The notes: generated by a model not told the origin, from the sequence alone. 27,458 nucleotides of DNA from a virus (IMGVR_UViG_2703718852_000003:1-27458); one strand, 5' to 3'. Positions 8,437 to 17,268 are shown, counted from the stretch's first letter. Numbers and translations: made by a program.

Positions 8437-9378
8437 ATGAGCACTAAATTAACCGGCTATGTATGGGATGGTTGCGCTGCGTCAGGCATGAAATTATCCA
8501 GCGTGGCAATTATGGCCCGCCTGGCTGATTTCAGTAATGACGAAGGTGTGTGCTGGCCATCAATTGAAACTATTGCCCGTCAGATTGGCGCGGGGATGAG
8601 TACCGTCAGAACGGCTATCGCACGGCTGGAAGCAGAAGGCTGGTTAACGCGTAAGGCGCGTCGCCAGGGTAACCGCAATGCGTCGAATGTTTATCAGCTT
8701 AACGTTGCGAAGCTTCAGGCAGCGGCATTTTCTCAACTGTCAGATTCTGACCCGTCAAAATCTGACGCATCAAAATCTGACACGTCAAAATTTGATGCGT
8801 CGAAATCTGGCAAAAAAGCGGGTTTTCACCCGTCAGAATCTGGCGGGGATCCGTCAGTAAAATCAAAACATGATCCGTCAGATAAAAAACCTTCTCGTCC
8901 GGACGCTTCGCAACCGGACACGCAGACGGCTGAACAGGATTTTTTAACTCGCCATCCTGATGCGGTTGTATTCAGCCCTAAAAAGCGCCAGTGGGGAACG
9001 CAGGATGATTTGACCTGCGCACAGTGGCTCTGGAAAAAAATCATTGCCCTGTACGAGCAGGCCGCCGAATGTGACGGCGAGGTGGTTCGTCCCAAAGAAC
9101 CGAACTGGACAGCCTGGGCAAACGAAATTCGCCTGATGTGTGTGCAGGATGGTCGTACTCACAAACAAATCTGCGAGATGTACAGCCGCGTCAGCCGCGA
9201 TCCGTTCTGGTGCCGTAACGTGCTCAGCCCGTCGAAGCTGCGGGAAAAATGGGATGAGCTTTCCCTGCGCTTATCGCCGTCCATCAGCACATACACAGAA
9301 AAACGCGAAGACCCGTATTTCAAATCCAGTTACGACAGCGTGGACTACAGCCAGATCCCGGCAGGATTCAGGGGGTGA
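8437..9378 (+). CDS. Replication initiator protein (O-like, N-terminal winged-helix DNA-binding domain) with an internal origin-like iteron array
   Basis: N-terminus (WPSIETIARQIGAGMSTVRTAIARLEAEGWL) typical of phage replication initiators; GAGG ribosome-binding site; Ser/Asp/Lys repeat linker encoded by DNA iterons, as for lambda ori inside O. Confidence 0.7.
   Translation: MSTKLTGYVWDGCAASGMKLSSVAIMARLADFSNDEGVCWPSIETIARQIGAGMSTVRTAIARLEAEGWLTRKARRQGNRNASNVYQLNVAKLQAAAFSQLSDSDPSKSDASKSDTSKFDASKSGKKAGFHPSESGGDPSVKSKHDPSDKKPSRPDASQPDTQTAEQDFLTRHPDAVVFSPKKRQWGTQDDLTCAQWLWKKIIALYEQAAECDGEVVRPKEPNWTAWANEIRLMCVQDGRTHKQICEMYSRVSRDPFWCRNVLSPSKLREKWDELSLRLSPSISTYTEKREDPYFKSSYDSVDYSQIPAGFRG
8739..8860. 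repeat. Iteron-like direct repeats with 15-bp period (CGTCAAAATCTGAC and variants, four tandem copies plus degenerate copies), preceded by palindrome GTCAGATTCTGAC; putative origin
   Basis: Tandem copies at 8752, 8767, 8782, 8797 and further copies at about 8830 and 8852, read directly from the sequence. Confidence 0.5.
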
Positions 9379-9380
9379 GC

Positions 9381-9710
9381 ATGAGTCTTTTGAATGAAGT
9401 TCAGAAATTCATTGAAGCCCATCCGGGCTGTACTTCCGGAGACATTGCGGATGCTTTTGCAGGTTACTCACGGCAGCGCGTTCTGCAGTCAGCAAGCAAG
9501 TTACGTCAGAGTGGGCGTGTGGCTCACCGTTGTGAAGGGGATACACGCAGACATTTCCCGCGCCTGACTGAGAGAGCGCAGGAGCCGGAACCACAACCAG
9601 TTCGTGAAACCAGACCTGTGCGCAATTTCTATGTCGGCACTAACGATTCCCGGGTGATTTTGTGCCTGACTCGCCAGGCGGAAAAACTGGTCAGGGAGAT
9701 GGCGGCATGA
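9381..9710 (+). CDS. Hypothetical protein
   Basis: ATG with GGGGG ribosome-binding site, overlapping the stop of the initiator gene; stop overlaps the next start (ATGA). Confidence 0.5.
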   Translation: MSLLNEVQKFIEAHPGCTSGDIADAFAGYSRQRVLQSASKLRQSGRVAHRCEGDTRRHFPRLTERAQEPEPQPVRETRPVRNFYVGTNDSRVILCLTRQAEKLVREMAA

Positions 9711-10033
9711 CGACGTTAACTCAATGCCAGCAGCAGGTGCTGGATATGCTGATTTCTTACCAGAAAGAACGTGGCTTCCCGCCAACCAATCAGGAGGTGG
9801 CAACCATGCTGGGATACCGTTCAGTGAATGCAGCGGTGGAGCATCTTCGCGCACTGGAGAAAAAAGGCGTCATCACGATAAAGCGTGGCGTGGCCCGGGG
9901 GATCACGCTTCATACCGCAGTGAAGGACGACGACAGCGAAGCGGTCGGTATCATCCGCGCACTGCTTGCCGGTGAGGAGAACGCTAGGTTGCGTGCAGCC
10001 CACTGGTTACATGAGAGGGGCCTGAAAGTATGA
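9707..10033 (+). CDS. LexA N-terminal DNA-binding-domain homolog lacking the S24 peptidase domain
   Basis: LTQCQQQVLDMLISYQKERGFPPTNQEVATMLGYRSVNAAVEHLRALEKKGVITIKRGVARGITL aligns along its length with the LexA winged-helix domain; protein ends after about 108 aa. Confidence 0.65.
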   Translation: MTTLTQCQQQVLDMLISYQKERGFPPTNQEVATMLGYRSVNAAVEHLRALEKKGVITIKRGVARGITLHTAVKDDDSEAVGIIRALLAGEENARLRAAHWLHERGLKV

Positions 10034-10419
10034 AGTTGATCCTTCCTTTCCCGCCCAGTGTGAACACGTACTGGCGACACCCCAACAAAGGGGCATTTGC
10101 TGGTAAGAGCCTGATAAGCGAGGCGGGGCGAAAATTTCAGAGCGCGGCGTGCGCAGCAATAGTTGAGCAGTTACGTCGTCTGCCGAAACCAACGTCGGCA
10201 CCTGCTTCAGTGGAGATCGTGTTGTTTCCTCCGGATAACCGGATCCGCGATCTGGACAACTATAACAAGGCTCTGTTTGACGCCCTGACCCACGCGGGTG
10301 TGTGGGAAGACGACAGACAGGTGAAAAGAATGCTGGTGGAGTGGGGACCGGTTATCCCGAAAGGGAAGGTCGAGATCACTATCAGTAAGTATGAGAAACC
10401 GGCGGGTGCAGCCGCCTGA
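10030..10419 (+). CDS. rusA: RusA-family Holliday junction resolvase
   Basis: 129 aa; conserved acidic motif IRDLDNYNKALFDALTHAGVWEDD typical of RusA. Confidence 0.85.
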   Translation: MKLILPFPPSVNTYWRHPNKGAFAGKSLISEAGRKFQSAACAAIVEQLRRLPKPTSAPASVEIVLFPPDNRIRDLDNYNKALFDALTHAGVWEDDRQVKRMLVEWGPVIPKGKVEITISKYEKPAGAAA

Positions 10420-10438
10420 TTAAGAGGAGAAACGAAGT

Positions 10439-11248
10439 ATGAATAATCTGATGGTCATTGATGGTATTGAAGTTCATCGTGATGCTTATGGGCGTTACAG
10501 CCTGAACGATCTGCATCGCGCAGCAGTAGCATCTGGTGCAAATGCCAGAACCAAGGAGCCAGGAAAGTTTCTTTCCAGCCAACAAACTGTTGAGCTTGTT
10601 CATGAATTGACCAACACCCAGAATTTGGGTGTTGACCCGGTGAGTGTGATTCATGGGGGAAATGAACGGGGAACGTATGTCTGCAAGGAACTGGTGTATG
10701 CCTATGCAATGTGGATCAGCCCGTCATTCCATCTGAAGGTGATCCGTACTTTCGACATGGTAACCAGCGCACCGGAAAAATTATCCGGACAGGCTGCTGA
10801 CAAGATGCAGGCTGGTGTGATTCTGCTGGACTTTATGCGCCGGGAATTAAACCTGTCTAACTCTTCAGTGCTTGGTGCCTGTCAGAAACTCCAGGAGGCT
10901 GTTGGCTTACCGAATCTGGCACCGCGCTATGCCATTGATGCTCCTGCTGACGCGCCTGATGGCTCAAGCCGCCCCACGCTGTCGCTGAGTGCACTGCTGA
11001 AACAGTATGGTATCCGCCTGACGGCTAATCAGGCATATCACCAGATGGCGAAGCTGGGGATCGTTGAACAACGCGAACGATACAGCCGTACCGCGATTAA
11101 CAACATCAAAAAATTCTGGTCGCTGACAGCGAAAGGCTGCATGTTCGGCAAGAACATCACCAGTCCCGCAAATCCGCGCGAGACGCAGCCGCATTTCTTC
11201 GAATCCCGATTCCCTGAGCTGTTAAAGCTGCTCGATACCGTTCATTGA
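10439..11248 (+). CDS. KilA-N domain protein (anti-repressor-like)
   Basis: N-terminal KilA-N pattern (IDGIEVHRDAYGRYSLNDLHRAAVASG); strong AGGAG ribosome-binding site. Confidence 0.7.
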   Translation: MNNLMVIDGIEVHRDAYGRYSLNDLHRAAVASGANARTKEPGKFLSSQQTVELVHELTNTQNLGVDPVSVIHGGNERGTYVCKELVYAYAMWISPSFHLKVIRTFDMVTSAPEKLSGQAADKMQAGVILLDFMRRELNLSNSSVLGACQKLQEAVGLPNLAPRYAIDAPADAPDGSSRPTLSLSALLKQYGIRLTANQAYHQMAKLGIVEQRERYSRTAINNIKKFWSLTAKGCMFGKNITSPANPRETQPHFFESRFPELLKLLDTVH

Positions 11249-11249
11249 G

Positions 11250-12245
11250 GTGACCGTGAGAGCACTACTGACCCCTGAAATTGCCCCGCGTATGGGGATC
11301 GTATTGTTCAGGCCCGGTTCAGAGCTGATGCCCCTGTTTATGCAGGGGCGTGTCCTGCTGGAGCCTGAGCCGGAGCATTATTCATCTTTCGCCAGTGGTG
11401 CCGTTCCCGCGGCGTCACAACCGCTGGCGGATGATCCTGCCGTTTGGGCCGTGTTCCGCAATGAGGCAGTGATCCGTCGTGCTGGTGGCGTGGAATGTCT
11501 TGAAAGCTGGTTACTTCGTGAAAAAGGCTGCCAGTGGCCTCATTCCGACTGGCACAGCGAGAACATGACCACAATGCGACACGCTCCGGGTGCAATCCGT
11601 CTGTGCTGGCACTGCGATAACCAGCTGCGCGATCAGTTCACGGAACGGCTGGAATCAATGGCAACGGATAACTGTGCCCGCTGGGTGTTGTCTGTTGTGC
11701 GTCGGGATCTCGGTTTTGATGACAGTCACGTTGTGACAATGCCGGAACTGTGCTGGTGGCTGATTCGTAATGACCTGGCGGATGCCTTACCGGAAAGTGC
11801 AGCCCGTAAGGCACTGAGATTACCGAAGCCTGTTGTGCCGTCTGTCACCCGGGAAAGTGACCTTGTGCCTTCGGTTCCTGCTACCAGCATCATCCAGGAT
11901 AAGGCGAAAAAGGTGCTGGCGCTGAAAGTGGATCCGGAGTCGCCGGAGTCTTTTATGTTACGCCCAAAACGTCGCCGCTGGGTTAATGAAAAGTACACGC
12001 GCTGGGTTAAGACACAGCCGTGTGCATGTTGTGGAAAGCCTGCTGATGATCCCCACCACCTGATAGGTCACGGTCAGGGTGGAATGGGTACAAAAGCGCA
12101 TGACCTCTTTGTGTTGCCTTTGTGCAGAAAGCATCACGACGAGCTGCATGCAGATACCGTGGCATTTGAAGAGATGTATGGCTCCCAGCTGGAGCTGATA
12201 TTTCGTTTTATCGATCGTGCGCTGGCAATTGGCGTGCTGGCCTGA
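11250..12245 (+). CDS. DUF968-like protein with C-terminal Cys/His (HNH-like) motif
   Basis: C-terminal PCACCGKPADDPHHLIGHGQGGMGTKAHDLFVLPLCRKHHDELH; exact start uncertain (GTG at 11250 or 11256). Confidence 0.55.
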   Translation: MTVRALLTPEIAPRMGIVLFRPGSELMPLFMQGRVLLEPEPEHYSSFASGAVPAASQPLADDPAVWAVFRNEAVIRRAGGVECLESWLLREKGCQWPHSDWHSENMTTMRHAPGAIRLCWHCDNQLRDQFTERLESMATDNCARWVLSVVRRDLGFDDSHVVTMPELCWWLIRNDLADALPESAARKALRLPKPVVPSVTRESDLVPSVPATSIIQDKAKKVLALKVDPESPESFMLRPKRRRWVNEKYTRWVKTQPCACCGKPADDPHHLIGHGQGGMGTKAHDLFVLPLCRKHHDELHADTVAFEEMYGSQLELIFRFIDRALAIGVLA

Positions 12246-12262
12246 TTTTGTGGAGAAAGTTG

Positions 12263-12616
12263 ATGCGTGATATGTATGAAGTTTTGGACCGCTGGGGGGC
12301 ATGGGCTGCTGCAGAAAACAGTGGTGTGGACTGGCAACCGGTAGCTGCTGGCTTCAAGCGGCTTTTACCTCATGGCAGAAAGTCCCGGATTCAGTGCGAT
12401 GATGATGAGGGCATCATAATAGACGGTTGTGTCGCTAGGTTGCGTAAATACAAGCCGGCAGAGTATGAGCTGATAATTGCTCACTTTGTTGTTGGCATTT
12501 CGCTCCGTACAATTGCAAAGAAGCGGAAATGTTCAGACGGAACAGTTCGAAAAGATATGCAAACAGCTATGGGGTTTATTGATGGATGCTTGTCATTTTT
12601 TTATTTAATACAATGA
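12263..12616 (+). CDS. Q: Late antiterminator Q (phage 21/82-type)
   Basis: MRDMYEVLDRWGAWAAAENSGVDWQPVAAGFKRLLP ... matches the remembered Q-type N-terminus; start at the ATG with GGAG ribosome-binding site; lies upstream of the lysis cassette. Confidence 0.75.
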   Translation: MRDMYEVLDRWGAWAAAENSGVDWQPVAAGFKRLLPHGRKSRIQCDDDEGIIIDGCVARLRKYKPAEYELIIAHFVVGISLRTIAKKRKCSDGTVRKDMQTAMGFIDGCLSFFYLIQ

Positions 12617-12639
12617 GTTAAGTGCTATGTAAAATCATT

Positions 12640-12670
12640 CTACTTTCCCAACTTTTATGTGTATATAATA
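12640..12670 (+). promoter_or_regulatory. Promoter-like element (TATAAT at 12664-12669) just downstream of Q; candidate late promoter PR'
   Basis: Good -10 hexamer, weak -35; position equivalent to PR' in lambdoid phages. Weak evidence. Confidence 0.25.
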
Positions 12671-12695
12671 CCAGGGTAAAGTAACGGAGAATCTT

Positions 12696-13736
12696 GTGAA
12701 CATTCAAGCAGTAGACATTTTTTGTGGCGCAGGGGGCTTAACTTTTGGGCTAAAAAAAGCCGGGATTGAAGTTTCTCATGGCATTGATATTGATGAGTCC
12801 TGCCGTTTCGCTATTGAGAGCAATAATCCCTTAACGAAGTTCATTAACCAGTCAGTTACTGAACTGCAATCCAGCGATGTGTCTGCTATGTTCAAGGAAG
12901 GAAATATTAGATTACTTGCAGGCTGTGCCCCTTGCCAACCGTTTTCCAAGTATCGTAATCCAAATAGCAGAAAAGATGATACAAAGTGGCGTCTTTTATC
13001 TGAGTTTCAGAGGATTGTAAGTGATGTCATGCCAGAGCTTGTGACTATGGAAAATGTTCCTCAACTTAGAAATCATAAGGTTTTTGAAGAGTTTGTTAGT
13101 GTATTAAAGACTCTTGGGTATCATCTGTGGTACGACGTTGTAAAATGTTCCGAGTATGGCTTGCCTCAAAATAGACGTAGATTAATTCTAATTGGGTCCA
13201 TATTGGGGCCAATCAGCCTTGATCAAAAAAAAGTAAGCCGTAAAGTTACAGTAAAGGATGCTATTGGTCAGTTGCCAAAAATAGGTGCAGGGGAGAAACT
13301 CGAAAGTGATCCATTGCATCGTTCGCCTAAATTAAGGGATATTAACCTTAAACGAATCTTGCACTCTTTACCAGGTGGTACGTGGGATGATTGGCCTGAA
13401 GAAATTAGAGCGGATTGCCATAAAAAGCATTCAGGTGCTACCTATAAAAGTGTTTATGGACGGATGGTTTGGGACGATACTAGTCCTACAATAACTACCC
13501 AATGTTATGGATATGGTAATGGGCGATTCGGACATCCTGAGCAAAATAGAGCAATAACTTTGCGTGAAGCTGCTATTTTACAATCTTTTCCTATGGATTA
13601 TAAATTTATTGGAAAAAATACGCCTTTTTCATTCCAAAAGTTAGGAACGATGATTGGTAATGCTGTTCCCCCTATAATTGGCCAAGTAATAGGGAGAACG
13701 TTTGTTAGGCATGTTGAGGGGATAAATATCCGTTAG
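12696..13736 (+). CDS. DNA (cytosine-5)-methyltransferase
   Basis: Motif I FCGAGG, motif IV catalytic PCQPFS, motif VI ENV, motif VIII QNRRR; GTG start with GGAGA ribosome-binding site; AT-rich. Confidence 0.9.
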   Translation: MNIQAVDIFCGAGGLTFGLKKAGIEVSHGIDIDESCRFAIESNNPLTKFINQSVTELQSSDVSAMFKEGNIRLLAGCAPCQPFSKYRNPNSRKDDTKWRLLSEFQRIVSDVMPELVTMENVPQLRNHKVFEEFVSVLKTLGYHLWYDVVKCSEYGLPQNRRRLILIGSILGPISLDQKKVSRKVTVKDAIGQLPKIGAGEKLESDPLHRSPKLRDINLKRILHSLPGGTWDDWPEEIRADCHKKHSGATYKSVYGRMVWDDTSPTITTQCYGYGNGRFGHPEQNRAITLREAAILQSFPMDYKFIGKNTPFSFQKLGTMIGNAVPPIIGQVIGRTFVRHVEGINIR

Positions 13737-14394
13737 AGATAATATAATCTTCAGTTGAGTTTATTAATAAACGAAGATATAGATCAACTCTCTCTGCTCT
13801 AGACTTAACTTCTTCTAAGGGGTCAATTTGCCCCTTTTTAGAGAAGCTAGTACTTCCATGCGCGAGTTCGTTTCTGATATCCTTAAGCAAGTCTAAGTCA
13901 ATACCATTTCTACATTCAGGTGAGTTTGCGATAGTTATTCCGTAAGCCTGCGTTATTTTGTGTAATACAGGCTTGCAAACATTACCATTGAATTCTTTAC
14001 GAATATTCAATGAGGCTGAAATTATTCTTTTGGAAATGTCAGTGCCTATCTTTTTATAAAGGGATTGCCCTGTTTCATTATCTGAAACAATTCTATGTAA
14101 TATATTTACTTGAAGCTTCTCCCTGAGTGATGCGTAATTCACCTCATTATCTTGTAAATGATCATAAATTGACTCGATGCAACCTCTGGCAGTATTTTCA
14201 ACTTGATTATATAGCATCATATGAACGGATGATTTTAAAATATTTACCCTTAGGATATTAGATTCTATTTCATCTTGATGCGCTTGCGGATCTAACTGCT
14301 GAGTATGAATCTCTATAGATGATGCAAGAGAAAGCAGTTCCATAATGTCTCTTGCTCTTTCTTCATATTCATCTCGTAAATCAATTAGACTCAT
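13705..14394 (-). CDS. HEPN-like protein (R-x4-HG motif), second gene of the DUF262 operon
   Basis: C-terminal IRNELAHG fits the HEPN R-x4-6-H motif; start 3 nt after the DUF262 stop; 3' end overlaps the convergent methyltransferase by 32 bp. Family assignment by eye only. Confidence 0.5.
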   Translation of the reverse strand: MSLIDLRDEYEERARDIMELLSLASSIEIHTQQLDPQAHQDEIESNILRVNILKSSVHMMLYNQVENTARGCIESIYDHLQDNEVNYASLREKLQVNILHRIVSDNETGQSLYKKIGTDISKRIISASLNIRKEFNGNVCKPVLHKITQAYGITIANSPECRNGIDLDLLKDIRNELAHGSTSFSKKGQIDPLEEVKSRAERVDLYLRLLINSTEDYIISNGYLSPQHA

Positions 14395-14396
14395 TT

Positions 14397-15557
14397 TTAA
14401 ATCCCTAACAACTTATTTTTAACGTAAAAGATTCTGTTTTTTAGCTGGCTGGTATTGTTTGCACTATCAGCAGTAACAAGTGTTTCAAATTCCTCTTCAA
14501 ATAGCCATTCACCTACAGGTACGGCTGGACTCTGGAGTTGTGGGTTAGTTTTTAATGCAAGTGCAGTTCCCACGGCAATGGCTTCGTATCTGGCTCGTGG
14601 GGTGGTTTTACTTGTTGCGGTCTTTTTAAAGCCAATAGGGAAATGGGTAGCAACAAAAGCAAGCATCATTTCAAAATCATGTTTAAAATTATCAACATCT
14701 TGTTGAGTAGTCACAGCTGCTGCTTGTTCATTTAAATAATTATCAATAAAGGGACGGACAAATCCCTTATAGTTTTCTAAATCATTTAAATATGCAAAAA
14801 ATCTCAAAACTAACTCACGATGATCGCCATTCGACCGTTTCCGGTCTGATAATGGAGCTAGTTGGGAAAAAAGTGAGTTTGTTGAGCATGGGGTCACAAC
14901 ATCTTTATAGAACATTGAGGTAGCAGCATCTGAGCCATGCCTCACTTCCATCGCTTCTAATCTTTTAACACCTGAGTTGATCCTTTCAAATAAATCTCTT
15001 CTATGTTGTTCCTCAACATCACCTTTCAACTCAATAAATCTTAGTGAAGCTCTTAAAAATCTTCTTTGGCGGCTAGCTAAAAGATCTGAAAATTTGAAAC
15101 CTTCTAAACTTTTAAGCTCTTTCAAATCCTTTAACTCAAATTGATCGTTCCAAAAATAATAAATAGAGCGTATCCGTTGTGAACCATCAATGATTTCTAC
15201 CCTACCATCTAATTCAGGGTCTTCATTAAATACATCAGCAATGTAAAGGTAAGGTATTGGAAAGTCTAATAGAATACTTTCTATAAAGCGAGAGGCTGTT
15301 TTTGTATCCCACTTGTAATCACGTTGATAATCTGGAATAAAAAGCTCGTTTTTGTCATTTTCAATATTATCACCATACTTTTGAATAATGACTTCAACGG
15401 TCCACTCACGTACATTGTATCCAATGTTTCTCTGAGCGAGTCTGATTTCATTGTCAGCGGAAGCGGTTAAAGCTGCAATTTCAGCCTTTTTTCTGTTCTT
15501 AGCGTGTTCATCTTGTATCTGAGCAAGCTCTTCTTTGAGTTCTTTGAGTGTAGTCAT
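14397..15557 (-). CDS. DUF262 (GmrS / ParB-like NTPase) domain protein
   Basis: Hallmark motifs FIPDYQRDYKWD and EIIDGSQR (DGQQR box); AAGGAA ribosome-binding site; AT-rich. Confidence 0.8.
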   Translation of the reverse strand: MTTLKELKEELAQIQDEHAKNRKKAEIAALTASADNEIRLAQRNIGYNVREWTVEVIIQKYGDNIENDKNELFIPDYQRDYKWDTKTASRFIESILLDFPIPYLYIADVFNEDPELDGRVEIIDGSQRIRSIYYFWNDQFELKDLKELKSLEGFKFSDLLASRQRRFLRASLRFIELKGDVEEQHRRDLFERINSGVKRLEAMEVRHGSDAATSMFYKDVVTPCSTNSLFSQLAPLSDRKRSNGDHRELVLRFFAYLNDLENYKGFVRPFIDNYLNEQAAAVTTQQDVDNFKHDFEMMLAFVATHFPIGFKKTATSKTTPRARYEAIAVGTALALKTNPQLQSPAVPVGEWLFEEEFETLVTADSANNTSQLKNRIFYVKNKLLGI

Positions 15558-15657
15558 GTTTTCGTTCCTTTAATTGAAAGTTGATTGTAAGAAAACTATA
15601 ACGCGTACGCAAAAAGTATTGTATTGTGTTAAGAGTGGTTACTTCGCCACACAACTT

Positions 15658-15682
15658 AAACCCGCCGTCGAGCGGGTTTTTT
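15658..15682 (+). terminator. Rho-independent terminator-like hairpin
   Basis: AAACCCGC-CGTCGA-GCGGGTTT followed by TTTTTTG on the plus strand. Confidence 0.5.
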
Positions 15683-15804
15683 GTACCTGTAAACCTGGTG
15701 CAGTACGGTAAACACGCTGGTGGTCGTGAATACTGACTTTTTATCTTGCTGGCTTTTTAGACAAGAGTTATTGGTATGTCATGTTAACCAGAAGGAAAAA
15801 AGAC

Positions 15805-15999
15805 ATGCTAAAACAGCAAGATATGACAGAAACGGCGAAAGTTGTTTTTAATGAATTAAGCATCGAACCGGCAACAGTCGGGGAGATTGCACAAAACACA
15901 TATCTTTCACGCGAACGCTGTCAGTTAATACTGACCCAGTTGGTTATGGCGGGGCTGGCAGATTACCAGTTCGGCTGTTACAGACGCCTTCAGCAATGA
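15805..15999 (+). CDS. Small hypothetical protein, possible winged-helix regulator
   Basis: ATG with GAAGGA ribosome-binding site; helix-turn-helix-like segment ATVGEIAQNTYLSRERCQLILTQL; divergent from the DUF262 operon. Confidence 0.4.
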   Translation: MLKQQDMTETAKVVFNELSIEPATVGEIAQNTYLSRERCQLILTQLVMAGLADYQFGCYRRLQQ

Positions 16000-16148
16000 A
16001 GGACTTTTAATTTGTGAAAATGGGCGGCTGGTGGGTGTTGGTAGCACCTGCCAGCCATTCGCTCATGCTTACTGGTCACAAGCGAACCACGGCCCACTGC
16101 TTTAGCGCAAAAGCAGAGTGAGCCTACCAGAGTTACGCTTACTGATCC

Positions 16149-17201
16149 ATGAAAAATACTGTAAAAATAAACAGTGTTGATTTAATCAACGCTGATTGCC
16201 TGCATTTTATTCAGTCCCTGCCTGATGATTCCATTGACCTGATTGTTACCGATCCGCCTTACTTCAAGGTGAAACCCAACGGTTGGGACAATCAGTGGAA
16301 AGGGGACGAAGATTACCTTAAGTGGCTGGACCACTGTCTGGCCCAGTTCTGGCGGGTGTTGAAACCTGCCGGAAGCCTTTACCTGTTCTGTGGGCATCGC
16401 CTGGCATCTGATATTGAGATCATGATGCGTGAACGTTTCAACGTGCTTAACCATATCATCTGGGCGAAGCCGTCCGGACGTTGGAATGGGTGTAATAAAG
16501 AAAGTCTGCGCGCATATTTTCCTGCCACAGAGCGCGTTCTGTTTGCTGAACATTACCAGGGGCCATATCGCGGCAAAAGTGACGGCTATGCGGCAAAAGA
16601 AAGGGAACTCAAACAGCACATAATGGCACCGCTGATATCGTATTTCAGGGATGCTCGTGCCGAACTGGGTATAACGGCAAAACAAATTGCCGAAGCCACA
16701 GGTAAGAAAAATATGGTTTCCCACTGGTTTGGTGCCAGTCAGTGGCAGTTGCCGAATGAGGCTGACTATCGGAAGTTACAGGCACTGTTTTCCCGTATAG
16801 CGGCAGAGAAGTTTCAGGAACAACAACTGGAACAACCACACCACCAGCTGGTGGCATCTTATGATTCACTGAATCGCAAATATTCTGAATTGCTGGATGA
16901 GTTTAAATCTCTCCGGCGCTATTTCTCCGTATCAGTCTCCGTGCCTTATACCGATGTCTGGATGCATAAACCCGTTCAGTTCTACCCGGGTAAACATCCG
17001 TGTGAGAAACCGGCGGATATGCTCAGGCAAATAATCAATGCCAGTAGTCGACCTGGTGATCTGGTTGCTGATTTTTTTATGGGATCCGGTTCCACAATAA
17101 AAGCAGCAATGGCGCTGGGGCGTCGGGCCTTAGGTGTTGAGCTTGAGTCAGAGCGGTTTAACCAGACAGTGAAAGAGATAAACGAGCTGGTGGGGAAATA
17201 A
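16149..17201 (+). CDS. DNA amino-methyltransferase (N6-adenine or N4-cytosine, beta class)
   Basis: Motif IV DPPY near the N-terminus and motif I FFMGSGST near the C-terminus. Confidence 0.8.
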
Positions 17202-17268
17202 TCTGGTGGCCACGTCAGGTGGCCTTTTTATTTCCATTACACAGCACCCGCATCTGCGAGGTGGGGTT

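Noticed and set aside
8745-8890. Short-period direct repeats considered as a CRISPR array
   Set aside because: Period is 15 bp with no spacers, lies inside a coding gene, and no cas genes are present; interpreted as origin iterons.
16000-16148. Possible tRNA gene between Q and S (common in lambdoid phages)
   Set aside because: No GTTCRANYC T-loop or cloverleaf recognisable by eye; only a simple hairpin (GGCTGG ... CCAGCC).
16182-16869. Minus-strand ORFs overlapping the amino-methyltransferase gene
   Set aside because: Antisense to a CDS with clear methyltransferase motifs; no independent support.
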